Positions 52,161 through 61,616 are shown, numbered from the stretch's first letter. The stretch is DNA of 64,000 nucleotides from Terriglobia bacterium (GCA_965206645.1 CBDBKE010000004.1:960001-1024000), one strand, 5' to 3'. The notes: a model not told the origin generated them from the sequence alone. Translations and numbers: made by a program.

Positions 52161-52256
52161 TTCGGGTGAAGAGGAAGCTCGAAATGGAAATTCCGGTTGA
52201 CATGGCTGCTGGCGTATGGTTTTGTAGGCGAAGGAGAAACTCAAACCAGAATTCCG

Positions 52257-53225
52257 ATGAAAGCGGTCCGAGTTCACAAGACTGGCGGTCCCGAAGTTCT
52301 TCGGTTGGAAGAGGTGCCCGATCTCTCGGCAGGTCCGAAGGACGCGGTTGTCAAAACCGAAGCCGCCGGCGTGAATTTCGTCGATATTTACTTTCGCACC
52401 GGGCTTTACAAGTCTACCTTGCCTTTTACCAACGGCCAGGAGGGAGCCGGTGTTATCACGGCCGTCGGCACCGAAGTCACCGACTTCCAGCCCGGGAACC
52501 GCGTCGCGTGCGCCGGCGTGCTCGGTTCTTATGCGGAGTACAGCGTGGTTCCTGCCGCTAAGCTCGTCAAGCTCCCGAAAGCAATCGACACCCGGACGGC
52601 GGCAGCGGTCATGCTGCAGGGCATGACGGTTCACTACCTGACGTATTCTACCTTCCCGCTCGAGAACGTCCACACCGCTCTGGTCCACGCAGCAGCCGGC
52701 GGTGTGGGCCTGGTCCTTGTCCAGGTGGCAAAAATGCGCGGTGCGCGCGTCATTGGGACCTGCTCGACTCCAGACAAAGCCGCGCGCGTTCGCCAAGCAG
52801 GCGCGGACGAAGTTATCCTCTACACTAAGCAAGACTTCGTCGCTGAGGTCAAGCGTCTTACCGATGGACGAGGCGTGGACGTCGTGTACGACTCGGTCGG
52901 AAAGGCAACCTGGGAAGGGAGCCTGAATTGTCTTCGGCCCCTTGGGATGTTGGTCTTTTTCGGCAATGCCAGTGGTCCGGTGCCTGGCATCGAGCCGCTT
53001 ACGCTGGGTGCCAAGGGTTCCCTGTTTCTGACCCGACCGAGCCTGGTTGACTACATAGCAACACGAGAGGCGCTGCTTGAGCGCGCCTCGGAGGTATTCG
53101 ACTGGGTAAGTTCAGGGAAGGTGAAAGTCCACATCGGAGAAACCTATCCTCTGGCGGAGGCTGCTGAGGCGCATCGTCGCCTGGCGTCGCGCCTGACTAG
53201 TGGTAAAATCCTCCTCCTTCCTTAG
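52257..53225 (+). CDS. qor: NADPH:quinone oxidoreductase (zeta-crystallin family)
   Basis: GGPEVL, GVNFVD, HAAAGGVG, YDSVGK, FGNASG, GSLFLTRP. Confidence 0.92.
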   Translation: MKAVRVHKTGGPEVLRLEEVPDLSAGPKDAVVKTEAAGVNFVDIYFRTGLYKSTLPFTNGQEGAGVITAVGTEVTDFQPGNRVACAGVLGSYAEYSVVPAAKLVKLPKAIDTRTAAAVMLQGMTVHYLTYSTFPLENVHTALVHAAAGGVGLVLVQVAKMRGARVIGTCSTPDKAARVRQAGADEVILYTKQDFVAEVKRLTDGRGVDVVYDSVGKATWEGSLNCLRPLGMLVFFGNASGPVPGIEPLTLGAKGSLFLTRPSLVDYIATREALLERASEVFDWVSSGKVKVHIGETYPLAEAAEAHRRLASRLTSGKILLLP

Positions 53226-53361
53226 TCACGTCTCAAGCGTTAATTGCCTACAACAGGCCAATGACTGAAGAGGGTGAGGTTGACTCCCCAGCCGCGCGGC
53301 ACGCAGACTAGTTTAGGCAACAGAAACCCAGGAATCTCTGGCGGAAGGTGGAGTGTCTTCT

Positions 53362-54453
53362 ATGAAAATCACAAGAGTGAAGTCCGAAGTTTACCAAGTC
53401 CCAACGCATCGGGAAATCCATGACGCCGTCCGCCATTTCAACAAGCTGGGCCTTGTCTTGGCAAACGTTGAGACCGATGAGGGCCTGTCGGGGACGGGGT
53501 TTTCTTATACTGTGAATCTCCACGGAGCACTGGAAATTGGCTCTATCATCAGCCGGAGCATAAGTGACCTCGTCCGGGGCATGGACCCTAACGACCATGA
53601 ACGTGTCTGGTACCGAATGTGGAGAAGCTTGGATTGGGTCGGTCGAGGAGGGATCGCGGTCTTGGCAGTCGCAGCAACCGATATCGCTATATGGGACTTG
53701 AAATCAAAAATGTCGGGAATGCCACTTTATAAGTTGCTAGGGGGCTATCGCGACAGGGTGCCCGTTTACAACACCGACGGTGGGTGGCTCAATCACACCC
53801 AGGAACAGTTGGTTGGCGAAGCCAGGGAAATTGTAGGGGCGGGTTTTCGCGGGTCCAAGATCAAGGTGGGCAAAGATGACCCTCTGGAAGACGTAGAACG
53901 CATCGCCGCCGTAAGACAGGTGCTCGGACCGAACCGGCCGCTGATGGTTGACGCCAACGAGCGTTTCACACACGCCGAAGCGATCAAGCGTGCACACATG
54001 TGGGAGGAGTTTAACCTTTACTGGTTCGAGGAACCGCTACCGGCTGAGGATATATTGGGCCATGCCAAGGTGAAAGCTCACACATCGATTCCCATTGCCC
54101 TGGGAGAATCGCTCTTCACTCGTCAGCAATTTAAAGACTATATAGGAACCGACGGCGTGTCGATCCTTCAACCCGATGCATGTCGTTGTGGCGGGATCAG
54201 CGAATGGCTGAAAATAGCGCACCTGGCCGATTGTCACCACATGGACGTCAGTCCACATTTTGCGATGGAGCTGCACCTGCCGCTCGTGGCAGCCATCCCC
54301 AATGGTCTGTTCGTTGAATACATTCCAACTCTAAACGCCGTCCTCCAAGAACCCTTGAGATTGGAAGACGGGTACTTCCGGCCAAGAGAAGAACCGGGGT
54401 TGGGAATCCGATGGGACGACGATAAGTTAAACAGATATAGGGTTGGATCGTGA
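53362..54453 (+). CDS. Mandelate racemase/muconate lactonizing enzyme family (enolase superfamily)
   Basis: DIAIWDLK, KIKVG, MVDAN, WFEEP, GES, QPD, SPH. Confidence 0.92.
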   Translation: MKITRVKSEVYQVPTHREIHDAVRHFNKLGLVLANVETDEGLSGTGFSYTVNLHGALEIGSIISRSISDLVRGMDPNDHERVWYRMWRSLDWVGRGGIAVLAVAATDIAIWDLKSKMSGMPLYKLLGGYRDRVPVYNTDGGWLNHTQEQLVGEAREIVGAGFRGSKIKVGKDDPLEDVERIAAVRQVLGPNRPLMVDANERFTHAEAIKRAHMWEEFNLYWFEEPLPAEDILGHAKVKAHTSIPIALGESLFTRQQFKDYIGTDGVSILQPDACRCGGISEWLKIAHLADCHHMDVSPHFAMELHLPLVAAIPNGLFVEYIPTLNAVLQEPLRLEDGYFRPREEPGLGIRWDDDKLNRYRVGS

Positions 54454-54503
54454 TATTTGGAGTAAGAGTGTGCTCGGGAAATGAAGATTAAGCAGCGCGC
54501 GCC

Positions 54504-54740
54504 TTCAACAAGCAACACGCCGAGGTACGGGAACTTCTCACAGAAAGGCAATCCTAAGATCTGCCGAACGACTTTGCGGTTCATTCTCTCAGGCATACGT
54601 TGCTAACGCTCGTGGCTGAGTCTTGGGCCGACGCCTCTACCGTTGGACGAATCGCCAGCCCCAGCAGTGTGCTAATATCACGGAGGTACGTGCAGCGGTG
54701 GCCGGCCCCGGGGCGGGCTTTCGAGCGATCGGAAACCAGC
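54504..54740 (+). pseudogene. Degenerate tyrosine integrase C-terminal remnant
   Basis: FNKQHAEVRELL, then LPNDFAVHSLRHTLLT...ADASTVGRIASPSSVLISRRYVQ (HxLRH box, decayed GH, catalytic Y). Confidence 0.75.
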
Positions 54741-54835
54741 ACAGGTGGCAGAAAAGTTGTCAGACAGCCACAAAATGCTGCCGCCCGCAACAGTTTCCGC
54801 TACAGTCTGATGGAGACTGTCCGTAACTCATAGAT

Positions 54836-54911
54836 GGGCCTGTGGCGCAGTTGGGAGCGCGCCTGACTGGCAGTCAGGAGGTCGCCGGTTCGAACCCGGC
54901 CAGGTCCACCA
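54836..54911 (+). tRNA. tRNA-Ala(GGC)
   Basis: 76 nt; acceptor GGGCCTG/CAGGTCC with G3:U70; anticodon loop CTGGCAG; GTTCGAA T-loop; encoded CCA. Confidence 0.97.
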
Positions 54912-54967
54912 CTTAACCTGTTTGTTTTCACCACCCGTCTGCCTTGCCTCTCGTTGCCGAAGACGGA

Positions 54968-55023
54968 ACTGTAAAGAAACTGTCAGAAAACTGGCTCTAG
55001 ACGGCCAGCACTGTAAAGGAACT
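54968..55023 (+). repeat. Putative integrase arm-type sites
   Basis: ACTGTAAAGAA (54968), ACTGTCAGAAA (54979), ACTGTAAAGGA (55010). Confidence 0.6.
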
Positions 55024-56169
55024 CGCACCGTGCTCGTTGGCCTGCCGGTCGAGCTTGGACAGCGCTTCCCGCATCATGTTGAGCTTCGCCTGGCTGTAGC
55101 GCTTGAACACCTGCGAATCGCCTTGCCGCAGCATCTGCGTCACGAAATGATCCGCCACGCCCCCGGCGCTGAGCCGGGTCGCAAACGTGTGGCGCAACTC
55201 GTATAGTGAGAAATGCGGTAGCCCGGCGCGCCTGAGCGTCCGGTTCCACAGCTTGCGCACCGTCGTGATGTGCGGCTTACTCGAGTCCATCCGCGGGCTC
55301 GGGAACAGGTAGTCGGAATCGCCGCTCTGCTTCATCTGTGAGGCGAACGCTACGCAGGCTCTGTCGGTCATCGGCATGTCCGTGATGCCGTTCACCGTCT
55401 TTGAATCCGGCAGATGCACGATCCCGTTCTCCAGATCGACCTGTTCCTTTCGCATCGGGGTCAACTCGCGATAGGGCCGCAGCCCCATCTCCACCATGAT
55501 CGCGATGATGTTGCGCAAGAATAAGGGTGCGCAGGCTTCCAGCCGGGCCTGCTCCGAGGCGCCCAGATAGTGCGGCTTGCGCGTCGTACCCGCCAACGCC
55601 ACCGGAAACTCCACACTGCCGCACGGATTGACCGCCAGCCGCCGCTTCTTCACCGCCACGTTCAGGATGCGACTCAGGATGCGAAACTCCTGATGCACGG
55701 TAGCAGGCTTGAGCCTGCCGCGAAGTTGCAGCCCCAACTTGGTATGCACCCGCTTGCCAGTGTTCAATCTTGTCATCAGATACGCTTCTATATCTTCCAC
55801 TGTGATGTCCGATAGTCTGTTCTCGCCGAACCGGGGCCTCAGGAACTTCAGCGCGCCGAGGTTTTGCCGGTGGTTCTGCTCGCCCCGGAAGGGCGGTTCG
55901 GATCGGTTCTCCAGGAACCAGTCCGCCCACTCGTTGAAGGTAATTCCACCGCCCGGCGCGGCACTCGGCAGCAGCCCCTCATCGCGAGCCACCAACCGTT
56001 TGCGCATCACCTTCTCGGCTTCCCCTTTTTCCCTCTGGCCTGTCGACTCCTGTCTGAACCTCCCGTTCCGGTCCCGGTAGCTCATCCACCAGACGCGTGA
56101 ATCGCGCCGCAGGTACAGGCTACCGGAGGTATTTCTCGGTCTACCTGTGTTGTTCATCGATTCCTCCAT
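54997..56169 (-). CDS. int: Tyrosine integrase
   Basis: MGLRP, DSKT, YLFPSP, YELRHTFATRL, RYS; N-terminal GSLYLR...WWMSY arm-binding domain. Confidence 0.95.
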   Translation of the reverse strand: MEESMNNTGRPRNTSGSLYLRRDSRVWWMSYRDRNGRFRQESTGQREKGEAEKVMRKRLVARDEGLLPSAAPGGGITFNEWADWFLENRSEPPFRGEQNHRQNLGALKFLRPRFGENRLSDITVEDIEAYLMTRLNTGKRVHTKLGLQLRGRLKPATVHQEFRILSRILNVAVKKRRLAVNPCGSVEFPVALAGTTRKPHYLGASEQARLEACAPLFLRNIIAIMVEMGLRPYRELTPMRKEQVDLENGIVHLPDSKTVNGITDMPMTDRACVAFASQMKQSGDSDYLFPSPRMDSSKPHITTVRKLWNRTLRRAGLPHFSLYELRHTFATRLSAGGVADHFVTQMLRQGDSQVFKRYSQAKLNMMREALSKLDRQANEHGASSFTVLAV

Positions 56170-56359
56170 TCACATGAAATTGCTGGCGCCACTCGACCAG
56201 TTCCGACCGTCGGAAGCGGATCGAGCGGCCCATCATGCGGTAATGGGGAATCTGCTTTCGCTCGACGTAAGCATACACCAGCGAGGGGCTGACACCCAGG
56301 AAACGGGCGGCGGCCTTCACCGTGATCGGGGCTTCGGACGCTTCTGTGTCCAGGCTCAT
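56141..56359 (-). CDS. Excisionase-like HTH protein
   Basis: ITVKAAARFLGVSPSLVY...IPHYR.GRSIRFRRSEL; overlaps the int start. Confidence 0.88.
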   Translation of the reverse strand: MSLDTEASEAPITVKAAARFLGVSPSLVYAYVERKQIPHYRMMGRSIRFRRSELVEWRQQFHVNGGIDEQHR

Positions 56360-56547
56360 CCTTCCTCCTCTACTCTCCACGCCGGACCGAGCGCTTCGTC
56401 AGATCCACCTTCCGCCCCGGATCGGCGAGTCCGGCGGCCTGCGTCTTCGGGAAAGACACCGTATTCCTGGGCGATCCAGGCCGGGACTTCCCGCGTCTCC
56501 TCACCGCCCCGGCCGAGCTCCCGGTCGAAGTCCTCGAGAGTCTTCAT
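56356..56547 (-). CDS. Small hypothetical protein
   Basis: ATGA overlaps with neighbours on both sides. Confidence 0.6.
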   Translation of the reverse strand: MKTLEDFDRELGRGGEETREVPAWIAQEYGVFPEDAGRRTRRSGAEGGSDEALGPAWRVEEEG

Positions 56548-57509
56548 CCGTCATCGTGTTCCCTCCAGATCGGCTTGATGATCCAGTGGTTCTGTGGCGC
56601 GTCGTAGCCCTGGACGAGCAAGGCTTCCTCCACGAAGCGGCGTCCCTCTCGCCGGGTCATGTGAATCACCATGGCGATGCCGTCCACCACGCCCCGGCAG
56701 GTGACCTCCCAGGGAAGCTCGCCGCCGCCCTGCATGGCGCAACTGGCGATGCGCGACAAGGCCGATTCGGCGTTGTTGGCGTGTACGGTCGTGAGGGAGC
56801 CGCCGTGTCCGGTGTTGAGGGCTTGTAGCAGGTCTGCCGCCTCCCCGCCCCGCACCTCGCCCACCACGATGTGATCCGGGCGGTGACGCAGCGCGTGGCG
56901 TACCAAGTCCCGGATCGTCACCGCTCCTTCCTGCAAGCCTCGAGCCTCGAAGCGGACGCAATTCGAGCGCTCGATGCGAAGCTCCAGCGTGTCCTCGATG
57001 GCGACGATGCGCTCGTCGTTGGGAAGCAATTCAATAAGTGCGTTAAGCAGGGTGGTCTTGCCCGATCCAGTGCCGCCGGAAACCAGGATGTTGCGGCGCG
57101 AGCGCAACACCCGCTCCGCTTCTGCTCGCACGTCTTCGGGGAGTGCGCCTTGCTTCACGAGATCATCCGCCGAGAACGCCCGCTTGCCAAAGCGCCGCAT
57201 GGTGATCGCCACCGTGGGGCTCGCGGGCGGAACACAGATCGCAACTCGCGATCCGTCGTCCAGGCGCGCATCGACAATCGGCGAACTCGCCGGATCCAAG
57301 CCCAAAGGACGGGCGATGTGGATGGCCGCCCGCAACAGGGCCGATTCGTCCAGGTCCGGCGCGTCATGTGCCGTCAACCGCCCGGCCCGCTCGACCCAGA
57401 CATTGCCGGGGCCGTTAATCATGATCTCGCTGACTTCGGAATCTTCCAGGGCGCTTTCCAATCCCGGTAGAAACGGTTTCAGGTGTTCCAGTCCACTCGC
57501 GGCGCTCAT
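56544..57509 (-). CDS. VirB11/CpaF/TrbB family secretion ATPase
   Basis: SEIMING, GGTGSGKTT, IEDTLE, RHRPDHIVVGEVRG, TGHGGSLTTVHA. Confidence 0.93.
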   Translation of the reverse strand: MSAASGLEHLKPFLPGLESALEDSEVSEIMINGPGNVWVERAGRLTAHDAPDLDESALLRAAIHIARPLGLDPASSPIVDARLDDGSRVAICVPPASPTVAITMRRFGKRAFSADDLVKQGALPEDVRAEAERVLRSRRNILVSGGTGSGKTTLLNALIELLPNDERIVAIEDTLELRIERSNCVRFEARGLQEGAVTIRDLVRHALRHRPDHIVVGEVRGGEAADLLQALNTGHGGSLTTVHANNAESALSRIASCAMQGGGELPWEVTCRGVVDGIAMVIHMTRREGRRFVEEALLVQGYDAPQNHWIIKPIWREHDDG

Positions 57510-59635
57510 AATCTGCCCGCCTCCTTCGCTCTCCAATAGGAATAATCGAGGGGCAGATAGTGAGGCTTGAGGTAGACCCGTCGCGGTTCAAGCGACTGCG
57601 ACCCGTCATAGGGCAGGCAGATCGCTTGACAGTTCGAGAGCAGCGCGAAGTCTCGCGGGTGAAACACGGCCTCGCGCTGCTCCCGGAAAGACTTGGTAGC
57701 GCCGATGCTGCCGCCGCCTCCCCCGGCGCGGCCTGAGAGCGGGGAGACTTCCGCCCGCTTGGAGGTCTCGCTGATGGTGTAGGATCCCTTGATCTTCGCC
57801 ACCTGCCCGCACATTTCGCTTGCAATCTTGGCGCTGGCGTCGTCGCTGAGAGACAGGAAAATCCGGGTGCGGAGCGTCTGCAACAGCGACCGCCACGCTT
57901 CCGAGCTTCCCAACACAGATCGGAGCGAGGAAATGGATTGCGTGGCGACAATCGGGATGCAGCGGCATTGCCGGGTCAGCGCAAAGGATTTTTCATCGCC
58001 CGATGGATCGTCCTCGCCCACCGAAGCGAAGGCTTGATATTCGTCACAGATAAAGACGGCAGGCCGGAAATAGACCCCCGGCGACTCCTTCATCTTGGTC
58101 GGGCGCATGAGAAGCGCCTGTAGCCAGGCGTTCTTGAGCATCACGCCCACGGCGCGGGCCAGCGCCGGGTTCGATCCGGCGGGCATGTTCAAGGCCAACA
58201 CCTTGCCCCTTTCGATCAATTCATAGAGTGGGGGCAGGTGTCGCGGCCCGGCGATTCGTTCCTCTTCGACCGGCGGGATCGACGTGGGCGCGGGTTTGTC
58301 TCCTTCCCCGCCGTCCGGCTTCTTGTTCAGTTCCTGGGCTTCTTCCCCGGCCCGCTTCGCGGCCCTGGCCTGAACTGCAATGGCTTGCGGATCGTCGGGG
58401 ACTTCCGGCGGCCCCGGACAAAACACCTTTGCCACATCCGGCATATCGAACATGGCAAGGAACACCGAAATCCCCTCCACAATCGAGGACTTCACTTTGT
58501 TGTCCAGCGTTTGCCAGTCGTTGACAAACCACCGCTTCACCGCCTCAACTCGTTCTCTCACTTCGTCGCCGGGTCCGGGGTCCCAAACCACCCGGTAGGT
58601 CAGCTTGAGTTCGTCCAGCTTGTTGAGCAAGGCCCGGCTGTAGACGGCTTGCTGTTCCTCCACGTCCGTCGCCCCTTCCCACACCCATTCAGCCAGCTTC
58701 ATTTTGTTCGCGCCTACTAGATCAGCCCGGACGAAAACCGTCCCTTTATTCAACTCGTCGCTCCACGCTTCGGCTTGCTCGATCTTGGCAGCGAAAAGCT
58801 CCGGGGCGATGGCGCAGCGGTAGACCTGCTGCAACGTCACCCAGCGCTCCGGGAAGATTCGGTGAAGCTCGATGATCCAGCGGACCAGGTTGGTATAGGC
58901 TTGCTGCCAGAACGGTTCCTTTCCCTTCCCGAATAGCTGGTTGAGAAGGCTCGAAACGGTGTAGGCCAGCGAGTAGGAATCGAGCCACCAGGCCGAGAGC
59001 GGGTTCCATTGCCAGCGGCCCTTCATGCCAAGCTCGATGTAGTCTTTTCCCCGGTCCGCCTCGATCAGGATTCGCCGGATATCGTGACAAAAATCTCCCT
59101 TGACTTCGAGCATCAGCGCCGCCGCCCGCTTCTGTGGATTCTCGGCTTGCCAGGAGAGAAGTTGACGGGCGAAGGGGTGCATACAAGCCGAGGTCTTCCC
59201 GGACCCGACGGCTCCGAAAATCGCCACGCCGGTATATAGGCCACGCTCCGGGATGGTGAGCCAGGAGGGATTGAAAATCTCGCGCGCCTCGACCGGGTGA
59301 TGTACCTCCCCGATCACGATGGCCGGGGCCTTCTGTCGGGGCGAAAACGGCCAGGTTGGAAGCGCGCCGAAGGGCGCGAAATCCCGCCGCCGCGATTCCA
59401 GCCAGACCTTCCAAACGGACATGAGAATGAGGCCCGCGAGCATGACGGCGACGAAAGGCGAAGCGTAGTACCAGAGCATCACCCAGCCGTAGAAGTTCGG
59501 GGTGTGGTAGTTCATGAGATCGAGCAACGGACTTTCCCCTAGCATGGGGAAGGGACGGCGGACAAAGCTCCACAGGGCGCACCCCAGACCGCCAAAAAGC
59601 AGAAGGATGTGCGGAATGAACCGCCGCCATTTCAT
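57506..59635 (-). CDS. Type IV coupling protein (VirD4/TraD-like)
   Basis: Two N-terminal TM segments; GAVGSGKT Walker A; FICDEYQ Walker B; VATQSISSL. Confidence 0.9.
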   Translation of the reverse strand: MKWRRFIPHILLLFGGLGCALWSFVRRPFPMLGESPLLDLMNYHTPNFYGWVMLWYYASPFVAVMLAGLILMSVWKVWLESRRRDFAPFGALPTWPFSPRQKAPAIVIGEVHHPVEAREIFNPSWLTIPERGLYTGVAIFGAVGSGKTSACMHPFARQLLSWQAENPQKRAAALMLEVKGDFCHDIRRILIEADRGKDYIELGMKGRWQWNPLSAWWLDSYSLAYTVSSLLNQLFGKGKEPFWQQAYTNLVRWIIELHRIFPERWVTLQQVYRCAIAPELFAAKIEQAEAWSDELNKGTVFVRADLVGANKMKLAEWVWEGATDVEEQQAVYSRALLNKLDELKLTYRVVWDPGPGDEVRERVEAVKRWFVNDWQTLDNKVKSSIVEGISVFLAMFDMPDVAKVFCPGPPEVPDDPQAIAVQARAAKRAGEEAQELNKKPDGGEGDKPAPTSIPPVEEERIAGPRHLPPLYELIERGKVLALNMPAGSNPALARAVGVMLKNAWLQALLMRPTKMKESPGVYFRPAVFICDEYQAFASVGEDDPSGDEKSFALTRQCRCIPIVATQSISSLRSVLGSSEAWRSLLQTLRTRIFLSLSDDASAKIASEMCGQVAKIKGSYTISETSKRAEVSPLSGRAGGGGGSIGATKSFREQREAVFHPRDFALLSNCQAICLPYDGSQSLEPRRVYLKPHYLPLDYSYWRAKEAGRL

Positions 59636-59703
59636 GGGTCCGTCTCCCTTCCGTCAGCGCCCCCGCTGGGGGGGCTGTTCCGAGCCTTCCCGCAGGGATA
59701 AAT

Positions 59704-59970
59704 GAGGATGAGAGCGACCCCCGCATGGGGCCCGGATAGAGGCATGTCACTCAGTGCCGCTATCGGGGCCACATGACCCCCCGCTTTTTGGTGGGGTCGC
59801 TCTCGTCCTCCCCGATTTTCCTGGATCGGCACGGTGGAGGCCGATTGACAGTGGACAACCACAGCGGAATGAGAGAGATAGGGAAATAGGGCTTTGTCAC
59901 ACCTCTTGTCCGAATCTTGTCACACTCCCCCTTTGTGGGCGTGACATTTAACATGCGGCCCTCAGTGACA
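59704..59970. other. Candidate oriT / regulatory region: 107-nt hairpin plus four symmetric TGTCAC boxes
   Basis: Stem 59704-59721 with 59793-59810; TGTCAC at 59895 and 59918, GTGACA at 59941 and 59965. Confidence 0.55.
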
Positions 59971-59997
59971 CGAAAAAGCCCGGATTCCCCCTCTCTT

Positions 59998-60942
59998 TCA
60001 TCCGGTTTCCTCTAGGACCGCAAACCGGGTGGCCCGCCATGTCGAATAGTCGTCAATCGAGACTCCTACCGTCACCTTCGCTTCCGGGAGGCTTTCGAGT
60101 TCCGCCCCTCGTCTCATCGCTGCATTGAATCCCCCGTACTCGGCCAGGTCTGTTCCATTATTGGTCCGTAGTGCGGTGTCGATCCTCTTGATTTCCTCTT
60201 GCAGCGTCCGCCCTTCCCCGGTCTCCTGCGGAGCGGTCGCGGCCCACGCCCGGAGCACTCGCGCCGTCCGATCCACGGTTTCATTTTCCGCCGCAATTCC
60301 GATCACCCGGACCTGCCGCCCCTTCTTGCGGAGCGCATCCCAAAGCTGCCCATGCGCGGCTCCCCAGGAGTGCAACTCCCGATCCGTCTGGTGCCCTGGA
60401 TCGACGTAGGCGAAGGTGACGGTTTCCCGGTCACCGGCCAGGGGAAGTTTGAGCGCAAAGTAGCGCTTCTGCGCTCCCACAGCGCCGTAGTAAATCCGTC
60501 GCGGGATCAGTCGCCGCGATAGGCCGAGCCCGTCAAAAAACGCGACCTTCTCCGGCTCGGCGGGGAGCCAGTTCATGCCCGGATGCTCCAATACGAAATC
60601 GAGCGAGAGAAGCCTCCGCATCACCACCGGCGGGCGAGCTTGTCGCCGGTGACGGATGTTCTCGACGCCCAACGCCCGGTAGATCGGCTTGCTCGATATC
60701 CGGCACGATTTGCCTCCCCCATTGAACACCGGCCACTCACTCTCAATTCCCGCCTTGCGGTCAACTAGCGTCTTCACGAAACGCTCCGCCCGCTTCCTAT
60801 GGGTCTCGAAGTAATGACAGAACTGCGCCCGCGTGAAGACGCCGCTGTGCAGACACACCAGCGCGATCCACTCCACCTCCGGCCCGGTCCAGCCGAGCGG
60901 TTCTAGTGCTTTTTCTCGGCCTCGTAAATGTTCGATCATCAT
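59998..60942 (-). CDS. Uncharacterised ICE protein, wHTH-like N-terminus, candidate relaxase
   Basis: 314 aa, coupled to the VirB8 stop; HSGVFTRAQF, NIRHRR, RRLLSLDFVL, FAYVD. Confidence 0.7.
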   Translation of the reverse strand: MMIEHLRGREKALEPLGWTGPEVEWIALVCLHSGVFTRAQFCHYFETHRKRAERFVKTLVDRKAGIESEWPVFNGGGKSCRISSKPIYRALGVENIRHRRQARPPVVMRRLLSLDFVLEHPGMNWLPAEPEKVAFFDGLGLSRRLIPRRIYYGAVGAQKRYFALKLPLAGDRETVTFAYVDPGHQTDRELHSWGAAHGQLWDALRKKGRQVRVIGIAAENETVDRTARVLRAWAATAPQETGEGRTLQEEIKRIDTALRTNNGTDLAEYGGFNAAMRRGAELESLPEAKVTVGVSIDDYSTWRATRFAVLEETG

Positions 60943-61616
60943 TGCTCCCCGGTAACGATTGCTCGATCCCCTTGCAGATAGCTGATAACGATCCCCATAG
61001 GGTTGTGGACGATCAGGTCCGGCGGGATCGTATCGAGGAACAGGAATTGCAGCGAGAGGGTCCAGCGCTCCCGGCTGACTTCGTTTGCCATCACCATCCG
61101 CACCAGGTCAAAATCGGCCGTCGCGCTGTGCGGCTCCTGGGGGTTGGCCTGAATCCTCAAAACGACGCGATCCACTTGCAGTTCATCCTTGGCCGCGCCC
61201 GCCGCGAGAAGGGCGATATTCTGACTCTCGGCGCGAAACGAGGCGTTGGCGAGCTCCGTGGTCAGGAAGCGCAGACTGCAGGACCAGTTCTCTTCGACCG
61301 TGGCCCGCCGCCGCGAGTAGAAGTCGTAAATAAAGCGATTGAGAAAGTATTTGGTGGTGGGGTCCAGAGGGTCCGCCTGGGCCTCCATCGCCTCGTAGGC
61401 GATGGCCTCCGCCCGGCCTACTTCATCGACCCTCACGACGATGGGGCGGGGCGGATCGACTGACACAATGCGAATGACGACGATGATGAGCAAGAGCAAC
61501 CCGATTCCCAACCCGACGGAGATCACCCGTAGATGACGGTTGGAGTGGATGGCTTCGCCCCATATTTCGGCGTACTCGGCTCCGGCATCTTTAGCTTTGG
61601 TTCCGGGTTTGCTCAT
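60939..61616 (-). CDS. VirB8/TrbF family protein
   Basis: Single TM, then IVVRVDEVGRA; C-terminal NPMGIVI. Confidence 0.85.
   Translation of the reverse strand: MSKPGTKAKDAGAEYAEIWGEAIHSNRHLRVISVGLGIGLLLLIIVVIRIVSVDPPRPIVVRVDEVGRAEAIAYEAMEAQADPLDPTTKYFLNRFIYDFYSRRRATVEENWSCSLRFLTTELANASFRAESQNIALLAAGAAKDELQVDRVVLRIQANPQEPHSATADFDLVRMVMANEVSRERWTLSLQFLFLDTIPPDLIVHNPMGIVISYLQGDRAIVTGEQ

Larger units (their letters stand above)
50539..52196 (+). mobile_element. IS1380 family insertion sequence
   Basis: Imperfect terminal IRs CCCGGATTTCCGTTTT and reverse complement CCGGAATTTCCATTTC; 1658 bp; no clear target duplication. Confidence 0.85.

Noticed and set aside
52197-52256. TTG-initiated N-terminal extension of qor, and TTGACA at the IS junction
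   Set aside because: Family homology starts at MKAVRVH, and no well-spaced -10 follows that TTGACA.
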